DNA from: Eledone cirrhosa
Lineage: Eukaryota
Direction: 5' to 3'
Length of the DNA: 64,000 nucleotides
Assembly: GCA_964016885.1 (NCBI GenBank)
Contig: OZ024743.1
Location: 144,460,001 to 144,524,000 of the forward strand
Shown here one piece after another: positions 40,190 to 51,439 of the stretch. Numbering within the stretch: the first letter of the stretch is position 1; the number at the start of each line of letters is the position of its first letter. The position numbers and the translations under genes were made by a program. The notes under the pieces are model-generated. The model was not told the origin of the DNA and ran no database searches. It saw only the letters and a list, made by a program, of their open reading frames with translations.

Positions 40190-41500
40190 AAATTCAGCCA
40201 TCTACTAAAGGAAGTAAACCAAAACACTTACAAGGTTACATTGGGTGTTGAGAACTTATATAATAACATTCCTCACGTCCAAGGAATCGAGACTATCAAA
40301 TACTGGATGGACTCACTTCCCTGTGAGCTACCAAACCGTATTGACAGAAATTTCAGTATAAATGGTCTTCAATTTATTAAAAAAAAAACTACTTCAATTT
40401 CGACGAAAAAGCTTACAGACAAACACCAGGAACAGCTACGGGTACAAATGTGTCGCCAACAAACGCCAACTTAGTCATGGGATAGCATGAATTACAAATA
40501 TACAAAGAAACCACACAAATGGGAGAGAATTCAGTTGTTATATAAAAGAAAACTGGAAAAGATACCTGGATGACTGTTTGATTCTGTGGAAGGAAAATCT
40601 TGACAAACTAAAGAAATTTAAAACCCTAATCAATAATATGAGCCCTAACATCCAATTCACTATGGATTTCAGCAACGAAGAACTTACTTTCTTAACCAGA
40701 AAGCTATAGAATGACATATTTCAAACCAGCCAACTCCCGACAATATCTCCTTTTTACATCTTCTCATCCAACACATGCTCATAACAATATTCCACTTCAC
40801 TTAGCTAAGCTAATATGTACAATAGTTTCAAACCCAACAATAAGAGACCACAGACTATGAGAAATGAAAAGAGTATTCATCAAGAGAAATCATCCTCTGA
40901 ATCTAATCAATAATAGCATTCAAAAAGCAAGACACATTAATAACCAAATACTCCGAGAAACAAAAGCAAACACTTTCAACCCAAAGAACACAGTTATACA
41001 CACATATACAACTAAATCTACATATCCTACTAAAGAACAAAAAATGAAAAACCACTTCCAAAAATACCCAATTATAATACGTAATCAACAACCTAAGCCA
41101 CTAAAAAGATTAGATGCAAATGTTCTAACTGTGGGTGTGTAACTATTTATTAGAAGGCTACGAATTCAACTTCAAAGGAGGTCCCATTTTCAAAATTGAA
41201 AATGACTCTTCGTGCAACTCAGAAAATGTAATATATATATTAAAACATGTAAGTGTTGCTATGAACACTACATTGGACAAACTGGATAAAATTCCGACAA
41301 ACTGTCAGTTCACCGTCAACAAATTAGTGATCCATCACAAGAAAGATCCATCTTAGCCAACATATAGAGGAAAGCAGAGAGCGAACTTTGCCAAATTTCA
41401 ATGTTTTGTCATTCTAAAAATGTTACTAGAGGAAAAACTCATTGGCAAAGAAAAGTATCCTATAGAAAATGTTATACCAAAGTTGAACATTTTGCACACA
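40190..41500 (+). mobile_element. Degraded Penelope-like element (Neptune type)
   Basis: VENLYNNIPH, WKRYLDD, IQFTM, SSHP..NNIP, CNSENVIYIL..YIGQT; many frameshifts. Confidence 0.85.
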
Positions 41501-42164
41501 TAATGTTTAATTCCTAGTCAGAATTACGTCACTTTTCATGGATTGTGTTATTTCTTGACACAGAGGGCTAAGATACAGCCAGTTGTGTCTCTTAAGCGAC
41601 AATAACATTACGAATGGAAACAGTAAATTAGACAAACAAAAACTTTTGAAAAGCTGTTTTAATCGAAACCGATCAAATATAAATGTATAAAAACTATCCT
41701 TTTTGAAGTGAAACAAATTTTCGTTGTGTACTATACACATAACATGTATATATAATAGGTACCTTTTCAAATCTTGATTATTTTTCCTATATATATATTA
41801 GGATTCGTGCTCTGAAATAGCGATGTATACATGAAAGTATGTATAGTATATTTGGCAATATACCGTATGTTTAATTAAAAGCATTTAGAAGACAATACGC
41901 TATCGGTTTTAAAGTAGTGACTATGTCACTTACTTCTTTTCGGTGAAATAAGGGAGAGAAGTTAACAGTCTGTTCACGCTGGTTGGCGATCATCAGAGCC
42001 ACGCACTCCCCTGCTTCCGCCGAAAATTATAGAAGCTGGATTCTTATAGAATTCCAGTAATAATCAGGAACTGATTATACAGAGCGATTGCCGGTCCAGC
42101 AAAAATTAGGTATAAGGATTGGTGCTCTGAAATAGCGATGTATACTAGAAGGAAGTGGAGGAGA

Positions 42165-42200
42165 TTTCAACGTTTCGGACAGAAGTCCTTCTTCAGGAAG
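42165..42200 (-). ncRNA. Minimal PLE-type hammerhead
   Basis: ttc CTGAAGA aggac ttct gtcc GAAA cg TT gaa. Confidence 0.75.
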
Positions 42201-42698
42201 GTTAGGATAAGGAGAGAACAGATAGACGTATGAGTAGTGTGAGAAGGTTAGGGAAGGAAGTTTAAAAAAGTGATAGGAGAAGGTGGGTGAAAGGTCCGGC
42301 TTGGTGGGGCCAGGGCGGAGGGTATTGGGGGTGGCATGGGTGTGATTGTGTGTGTGTCGAAGGGAAGAAATTGGTAGATGTGCGTGGCTTCAGACTAAGT
42401 GTGGCCACGTGAGTGTCCCAGAGTCTTATAAAGTGAAGTGTGCACACTGGTATGAGTGTGTGTATGTGCGTGAGTGTATCTACACGCGGGTGTGTATAGG
42501 TGATTTGTTATGTATGTGTGTACCTACGTGCGTGATTGTGTCTGTGTTAGTTGCTGTGTGTGTGTATTTCCACGTGTGTGTTGGAAGACTGTGTGTACGT
42601 TGTATGACAAGTGTTGTGATTGTGTTTGGTCAGTAGCGGAAATATATCATGTACATGTGTGTTAGGGTGGATATGTGTATGTTTATGAATAGGTGTGT

Positions 42699-42776
<78 letters not shown>

Positions 42777-42940
42777 GGAGTATACAGGTAAATCGAGTAG
42801 AGAACAGTGGCCGAGTATGGGTGGGTGCAACGTGCCAAGGAAGGTTTTGTATGTAATTATATATTAATATATTTGTGTGAATTTGTACGAAGATCCAAAC
42901 AGTGAAATAGATTCTCGAATAATGTAAAAATTAGCAAAAC

Positions 42941-43888
42941 TCCTACCTACCTACCTACCTACCTACCTACCTACCTACCTACCTACCTACCTACCTACCT
43001 AAATAACTACCTCCCTATCTACCTACCTACCTACCTACCTACCTACCTACCTACCTACCTACCTAAATAACTACCTCCCTATCTACTTACCTACCTACCT
43101 ACCTACCTACCTACCTACCTACCTACCTACCTACCTACCTACCTACCTACCTATCTACCTACCTACCTACCTACCTACCTACCTACCTACCTACCTACCT
43201 ACCTACATATCTACCTACCTACCTACCTACCTACCTACCTACATAACTACCTACCTACTTACCTACCTACTTACCTACCTACCTACCTACCTACCTACCT
43301 ACCTACCTACCTACCTACCTACCTACCTACCTACCTACCTACCTACCTACCTACCTACCTACCTACCTACCTACCTACCTACCTACCTACCTACCTACAT
43401 AACTACCTACCTACCTACTTACCTACCTACCTACCTACCTACCTATCTACCTACCTAAATAACTACCTCCCTACCTACATAACTACCTACCTACCTACTT
43501 ACCTACCTACCTACCTACCTACCTACCTAAATAACTACCTCCCTATCTACTTACCTACCTACCTACCTACCTACCTACCTACCTACCTACCTACCTACCT
43601 AAATAACTACCTACCTACATAACTACCTACCTACCTACTTACCTACCTACCTACCTACCTACCTACCTACCTACCTACCTACCTACATACATACATATCT
43701 ACCTACCTACATACATACATACATATCTACCTACCTACCTACCTACCTACCTACCTACCTATCTACCTACCTACCTACCTACCTACCTACCTACCTACCT
43801 ATCTACCTACCTTCCTACCTACATAAATACATGCGTAAATACATACATACCATAGTTGCATACATATATACATACATACATACATACA

Positions 43889-43918
<30 letters not shown>
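42941..43918. repeat. About 1-kb compound (CCTA)n to (CATA)n microsatellite with recurring aaataactacctccctatct interruptions
   Basis: Direct reading. Confidence 0.97.
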
Positions 43919-43919
<1 letters not shown>

Positions 43920-44410
43920 GTACATATTTATAAACATGCAACCTAACGTATATTTGTATGAACAATTATGCATACAACATGTCGCCTTAATCTAGATATA
44001 TGGTAATGGTTGAATCGTTACGTGGTCAAACAAACAAGATTATAAATTTATGATGAGAACATTTGTTTTTCCCATGTAATCAAAACAGCAGGTACCTAAA
44101 TACCAAACACATGTTTGATAAGCTAAACATACAGCGTTGAATATTAATGAGTGTTTTATTTTTTATTTTATTTTAAAATCAGTATTATTTACAATAATAT
44201 GTGGCCACGTCTACATTCACTTAATATTCTAGTATGTCATACACTAGCGTTCTCGTGTAAAAAGAATAATTATGGAAAGACATTTTGTAAGACTGTAAAT
44301 GATTCTCGGTAAAATTCTTAAAATGCACTTTCGCATTTCATCAACCATAAGTTTTGTATATTTAGTACTCTTCGAAGAGTAGCTACTTCATTAATTAGAT
44401 TAATTAAGGA

Positions 44411-44602
44411 AGGGTAGTGGATTGGCAGTATCGGTAGAGCATCAGACGCCATGCTTTGCAGCATAGAATTATGGCCCTTTACGTTCTGAGTTCAAATCGC
44501 GCCGAGGTTAACTTTGCCTTTCATCCTTACGGGGTCGATAAAATAAAGCACCAGTAATTCATTGGGATAATTGCTGGCCTTGTGCTAAAAGTAGAAACAA
44601 TT
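44411..44602 (+). mobile_element. SINE, same family as 9291-9470
   Basis: A/B boxes, central domain, tail. Confidence 0.9.
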
Positions 44603-44909
44603 AATTAGAGTAATTCTCGGTCACAAAGTTTCTTTATAAACTTGTGTTAACAGTAACATCTAAGATACTGGAGTAAGGAGAGATTATTTTCCAGTGTTTT
44701 GAAAATAAAATTTAATTTTTAAATATTTTAAAATTTTATTTTTAATTTTATTTTAAATATTTAAAAATTTATTTTTAAAATATTTAAAATATTTTATACG
44801 CGTTTTTGTTCAAAATGTAAAATAAAAAACATCTAAACTATAATAAAGTAAGGAGCGTGGGGCCGCGTCCAGAATATGATTTTTTGTCCCGTTTGTAAAA
44901 TAAGTTGGA

Positions 44910-45357
44910 CTAGCAGAGCTACCCGGCGTTGCTCGGATATTAAATAACAGTTGTGTATACCATTTATGTCAATACTTCAGTGCTGCTTCGAAAACTATAC
45001 TTTTACAAAATCATCGGCTTTTTCCAAAAGGGGGTTCCTGCCCCCAGGGGTCCCCTACCCAATATGTGCCAATTCTGAGAGTTCACATTCATCTGTAGGA
45101 CAAACGTAGCCCATGTGTCAAGTTTTGTGAAAATCGGTTGCGAACTCCAGAAGTTATGACGTTTTGTTGCATTGCACTGCAGTGCTTCAGTCGACTCCAA
45201 GGGAGTGGTTAAAGGGGTTATCTGCCGGGGGGCCCTATAATCAATATCTGGAAAAATGACAGTGCCCATGATCATCCAGAGTACATAAGTAACCTATGTC
45301 TTAAGTTTGGTGAAAATACTGTAGAAATGCATAAGGTTTATACATACGCGCGTGCGT

Positions 45358-45412
<55 letters not shown>

Positions 45413-46035
45413 TGTGTGTGTGGTGGGGGTGGGGGTGGGGGTGGGGTATGTATTTGTGTGTGCGTATGTATGTGTATGTCCGTCGGGGCATACGTATGTA
45501 CTGGCCTAAGTCTTCACTATTTACTTTTACTATTTTAATAACCTCTGTCATTTTCGTTTTCAATTTTATTTACATCATTCTTAAACTCCGAGGCTGGAAA
45601 TCATTCTGTTATTTTAAATAGAATATTAGTCTAACGACTCCATTTATATCATAAACTTGGTCTTGTCTTTGCATGAAATTGTTCTTCACGATCCACATAA
45701 CGACGTATTATCCTTGCTTTTTTCCCGTTCATTACCAGGGAACGTCTTCACGAACCAAAATATCGTCTTCCTGTTTTTGTTCGGTTGCAACGTTTCTCGA
45801 AATATTTACTTCTGCGTTCACAGATTACTCTCAGTTCAATTTGAATGGGAAATTCCTGTTTCATCGATGTTCTCCGTAACCATGGAAGCTTGTAGCTTGA
45901 AAGTCGATCCAACACCTCCTCGGGTCATTCTGCATAACTGTGTAAATTTTCGCTGCATTCCACCAAGCCGTTTCGACGTTTATCCGACTACACCTACATA
46001 TACAACGTCCGACCACTTCCAATTTATATAGTAGA
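44910..46035 (-). mobile_element. Non-autonomous Helitron
   Basis: A/TCTACTATATAA start, 3' hairpin ccgagcaacgccggg, CTAG/T end, internal microsatellite. Confidence 0.85.
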
Positions 46036-46665
46036 TTTGTTTATATATGAATGACAAAACAAAAAGTACAAAACTATACATGAATTGTTTCTACTAAACC
46101 TTCAATTTAAGACACAACCTACATATTTGATAGGACTCCAGCTCACACCTTCTTCTTCTTCTCCTTTTGCTCCCCCTGGAACATTGGGCTGCGAGCCACC
46201 CCCACACAACGCCATGTTCTGAGTCTGCTTTTCAACTCCACCGTGATGCACGGTGCGTCATGGTGTATCTAACCATTTTTTTAGGTCTACTACGGCTGAT
46301 TTCTTCCAGAGAGAAAGAAAGAGATGGAAAAAGGCAGAGAAGATTCATCCCCGGAGGAATAATAAAAAAATGTTTACACTGCACATTTCATTTTTTTCAA
46401 AGCTAAAGCTGCCGATCCAAAATCAGTAATTCAACTCCCTGAAAACTTTCAAATATGTGCTGTTCTAGCATGAATATTAGCTAAGGGGCAGCTGTCCACA
46501 AAGTAAGATTTACTTGCATATCCCCGCTCATATAAACACATAAATACATGCATACATACATTACAGTTGATATTTTTTTTATTAAAGCGTTTTCATATTA
46601 TATATATATATATATATATACGTTTTTTGAAATATCCAGTTCTGCGTTTACAGATTGACTTTGTT

Positions 46666-46716
46666 AGTTTCAGAAGATCCCGTTAAGGGTGAAAGCAGCG
46701 ATTCTTTGCTTAAACT
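46666..46716 (+). ncRNA. Variant hammerhead-like motif (CAGAAGA core); copies at 49929-49979(+), 61357-61407(+), 61247-61297(-)
   Basis: agttt CAGAAGA tcccgttaagggt GAAA gca..tgc TT aaact. Confidence 0.55.
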
Positions 46717-46870
46717 TTAATCTGTTATTTTAATAAATATTTGCTCTACGGTTCTTATATATTTGATATATATTTATCCTTATCTAGCCCTCTTTGGATT
46801 TTAGTATTCAAATTTATTATTATTACTATTTGGCTCCCTCGGTTGAGCACTCTACTGACTTATATTCATC

Positions 46871-49001
46871 ATGCAGAAACAACATCTGAATATTTCTACA
46901 AAGAACATACCCGTACCAAGCAGGAAAACATACCTAAAACTCCTGATACAGAAAACAGACGCGTTCATTAAAAGGTTGCGTTGGCGTGCCTTTTATTTTG
47001 ATAATCCGCGAAAAGCAGACAACAAACAGGATAAATTTGGATTTAAAACCTATAATAACCCCCCGTGGAACCCAGCATTGCTACCCTTCGAAAATGATGT
47101 CTTGGAACTCATTCGGAGTATCAAATTTCGGAATAGGAGCAATTCCTTCCAGCAAGACTTGAAGAATAGAATTCGTTCTATTAAGGATTCTAATGCCGTG
47201 CACGTCCATTCCGACAAAACTGGCAACCTATATCAAGTGGAGCGCAGTACTTACCATCAACTACTACATAATGCTGTAACCAAGGATTACCGTAAAACTA
47301 ATCGGTGCGTCATCAATGAAATCAACGATGCTGGGTTTAAAATCACCTCTGATCTCAACATCCTGGACCGGACCGAACCTCTGGACCCTATTTCTCCCCA
47401 CTTTACCCTGAAGGATCACAAATCCAATTTTCCGAACAACCCCTCTATTCAGCTTATTAACCCTACGAAGTCCGATTTAGGTAGACTTAGTAAAACGATT
47501 CTTGATAGAATTATACCTGAAATTAGAAGTTTGGCCCCTCTTGCACTGTGGAACAATTCTTTCGCGGTGATTGATTGGTTCAACGGCATATGTAACAAGA
47601 AACATTGCCGTTTTATCCAATTCGACATCAACAATTACTACTCCTCCATCACTTTACCACTCCTCCTTAGAGCTATCAATTTCGCTAAAACACTCACAGT
47701 GGTTAAGGATTTCGAAGTTGATGTCATCCTCAATGCCCGAAAGTCGGTGATTAATTTCGACGACTCTATTTGGATTAACAAATCCTATAGTACCCCATTC
47801 GACGTGAGTATGGGCGCCAGTGATTCTGCGGAGGTTACTGATCTTATTGGCCTTTTCCTTCTTTTCTCTATCAAGGACGAATTCCCCAACGCGGGCGGTG
47901 GTTTGTACCGTGACGATGGTCTTTTAACCATGACTAAGTGCGGACCTCGTGCTTGCGACAGGTTCAGAAAAGAACTCACAGCCTTCTTTAAAGGCTTCAA
48001 CCTCTCTATACAGGTTGAGGTCAATCTCTCGGTCGTTAATTACCTCGACGCTACCCTCAATTTATCGAATGGGTTGTATTACCCGTATAGAAAGCCGAAT
48101 GATACGCTTAATTACATAAGTAAGCATTCCAACCATCCTGCCAGCATAACCAAGAACCTGGTAAGAAATGTTTCGTTGAGGCTTTCCCGTCTTTCCACCA
48201 ACGAACGTATTTTCAACGACCATTCCACTTATTACAATGAAGCTCTTGCTCGAAGTGGATTTGTCGATAAGGTAGCATATACAGAGTATGATAATAGACC
48301 TAGAAGTAATAGACCCCGTCGCATTTGTTGGTATAACCCACCATATAATATAGAGGTGGCCACACCATTAGCTAAGATCTTTCTTTCCCTTATTACGAAG
48401 CATTTTCCCCCAAGCACATAAATATAGTAAAATTTTTAATAGAAATACTATTAACATTTCTTACTCTACGACTCCTAACCTTGCACATAACATCACAGCT
48501 TCAAATTTAGCTAAACTACCTAGCCGTAGAAACACGTGCAACCCTGTAGTTAGTACTAACTGTAATTGCAAGAATCGGGCTGATTGCCCCCTATCCGGGA
48601 AATGCCTCTCTAGTAACATTGTCTACAAATGTAAGGTTGTAACACCCACGTCCCGTAGGGCCTACATAGGGTTAACCGCCAATAGTTTCAAGCAGCGTCT
48701 TTACATGCATACCCATTCTTTTCGTTACTCTCTTAGAAGGAATATGACGTCACTTTCAGCTTATATCTGGAGTCTAAAAGACAACCACACCCAATATAAG
48801 TTACATTGGGGGATCCTAGCTAGGGCTAGATCGTATAACGGAAATAAAAGACCATGTGACCTCTGCGCCGCTGAGGCCCTGGAAATACTCTACGCCACAG
48901 ACCACATCTTAAACAAAAAATCTGAGGCAATTTCGGCTTGTAAACATAAATTGCACAAAACTTTCCTGTATTACAGCCCCACGTTATACCCTAACGGATA
49001 G
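46871..49001 (+). CDS. PLE RT plus GIY-YIG endonuclease, one frameshift at about 48410
   Basis: IQFDINNYYSSI, FDVSMGASDSAEVTDLIG, YRDDGL, NYLDATL; removing one C from TTTTCCCCC gives HFPQAHKYSKIFNRNT..CNCKNRADCPLSGKCL..NIVYKC..YIGLTANSFKQRL..CDLCAAE..LNKKSE..CKH. Confidence 0.9.
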
Positions 49002-49990
49002 TACAATCTATACGTGGATATTTTACGTCTTGATGTGGGAGCTAAGTATATGTTTTGTTTATACCTTTACTTATTTGCATAGGTAAGTATATATTACCCG
49101 TATGTTTTGTGAAGGTACGTATACCTTCTCGTACGCATATTTGATTGGTATGGCGTATAATTTTATATATTCTGGTACATATGGTTTGGCTATGTGTATA
49201 CGGGAGTTTTGCGTCTGTGTGAGTATCCAGGTTCGTACGTATGGCGGGTGTGTGTATATGTGTACTTCATGTTTTGGTTGACTTACGTCTCCGAACATTC
49301 GTGTGTTTATATGAAGGTATGTGTGCGCGCTTGTTATATACGTATTTATTTATATACGTTTATTTATTTATTTGTATACACGCATACACACACACACATA
49401 TTTATATGTATTTATATATTTATTTATTTGTATACCTATGGTAAGTTTTTGCGTATGCTCGTGTATGTACGTATTTGTTTGCGTGTATGTATTTATTTAT
49501 TTCTATTACTTCTGTATTGTATTTATTTACTTTGTTCTTAACTCTGTAGCGGAGATTCACTTGGTCTCCTTGTTAGAATTTTAATCTACGACTTCTGCTA
49601 TACCATTTACGTGGTTTTGTCTTTGCGTGCTATTGTTTTCCACGCTCCACATATGACGTATTATCTTCGTTTTTTCGTTCATTGCCAGAGAACGTCTCTA
49701 TGCACCACCTAAGAGAACATTAGTCTACGACCTCTTTTATACCATAAACGTGGTTCTGTCTTTGCGCGTAATTGTTTTTCACCGCTCCTATTAATGACGT
49801 ATTATATTCATTTTTTCCCGTTCTTTGCCAGCGAACGTTTCCACGAACCAAAGTATCGTCTTCCTGTCTTCCTCCGGTTGCAACGTTTTTTGAAATATCC
49901 AGTTCTGCGTTTACAGATTGACTTTGTTAGTTTCAGAAGATCCCGTTAAGGGTGAAAGCAGCGATTCTTTGCTTAAACTTTAATCTGTTA

Positions 49991-50083
<93 letters not shown>

Positions 50084-50310
50084 TTCAAGAGTAACCAATC
50101 TTAAAGAGAGAGATGGAGATAGGAGAGGAGATATGAGAGGAGAGATTGGTGAATTAGTTAGAAGCCAAAGCGTAAAGGTATGTGCTCAATGTGCAATATG
50201 CAGTAGAAAGCAGCTAGATTTGATTTGCTTAACTAATGAATATATATATATATATAGTGACGAAGCATAAGTCAATTGCATGAACTCATAATCCTTTATT
50301 TACTGCTTTA

Positions 50311-51393
50311 TTTGTATGAAATTGTAAATAACTCATCCAAGTATTAGAACAGGGGGAATTAACTCACCGAACGCGATAGTAAATATACCGTTTTGGGGCC
50401 CCAGGGACCACGTTTTCCAAGTTAAAGATTTGATACCTCGTCTATTTGCTTCCTTGGCACTTTTTACATAGGTGTGTAAATTTTCATGTCCGTCCGGCCA
50501 CGTCTACTACCATTTAACCGTGCACAACTGAATTTCAACCACCACCCATTTCACAAATATATATTAGACTAGCAGCTGAGCCCGGTTGCACCCGGGGCCA
50601 CTTTTTATTAAGTTAATAATTTGAAAAATATTATTGAAAGTTTATTATAAAGAAGCAGTTTCAGGAAAAAAAAATAGAAATATGCACTTGGGGCTGGACG
50701 GCGTACAATGAGAAGTGGAGCGACGTGAAAAGCGTTGTTTATTAACAGCGAAATAGCAATGTCGATGATATGCAATTTGAAAAATACTACTTACTGTTAG
50801 TGGTGGTTAACATGTATTAGAATTAAAATAAAAACACGCGTCTCTTCTTCTCAATTTAAGGGTTTTATTTCTTTTGATGGAAAACAGTGACCGTACTGCG
50901 GAATCGATTTCATAAAACGGTACTGTATGATCGTTAAATGTAGAAGGATGATAGTTTATTAACAGCGAAATAGCAATGTCGATGATATGCAAGTTTAAAA
51001 ATGCATATTATGAAGGTTTGTATGATAGTTTACACTTTTTCCTGAAACTGCTTCTTTATAATAAACTTTCAATAATATTTTTCAAATTATTGGTACTGTA
51101 TGTTAACAGCGAAAGAACGTTGATGAGTTTAAAAATTTGTATGAAATTGTAAATAACTCAGCCAAGTATTAGAACAGGGGGAAATAACTCACCGAACGCG
51201 ATAGTAAATATACCGTTTGGGGGCCCTAGGGACCACATTTTTCAAGTTAGAGATTTGAAACCTCGTCTATTTACTTCCTTAGCACTTTTTACATAGGTGT
51301 GTAAATTTCCATGTCCGTCCGACCACGTCTACTACCATTTAACCGTGCACATCTGAATTTCAACCACCACCCATTTCACAAATATATATTAGA
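50311..51393 (-). mobile_element. Non-autonomous Helitron (50569-51393) plus a tandem partial copy (50311-50568)
   Basis: A/TCTAATATATA start, cccgggtgcaaccggg hairpin, CTAG end fused directly to the TC of the next copy. Confidence 0.85.
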
Positions 51394-51439
51394 TTACTTT
51401 GAATACCACTGTTGTTATTACTACCTCATACTACTCTCT

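Larger units (their letters stand above)
46621..49992 (+). mobile_element. Near-intact Naiad-type Penelope-like element with identical direct pLTR repeats, inserted in (TA)n
   Basis: 46621-46729 equals 49884-49992; both flanks are (TA)n. Confidence 0.93.

Noticed and set aside
41640-41680. Hammerhead after the Neptune-like PLE
   Set aside because: Core and stems too degraded (ttgaaaa..gaaaccgatc) to support
42941-43820. Interstitial telomere
   Set aside because: Unit is CCTA/TAGG, not TTAGGG or TTAGG
48540-49001. Selenocysteine recoding reported for some Naiads
   Set aside because: Conserved Cys positions I could read in all three Naiads are TGT/TGC; the TGA at 57000 is not at a conserved Cys
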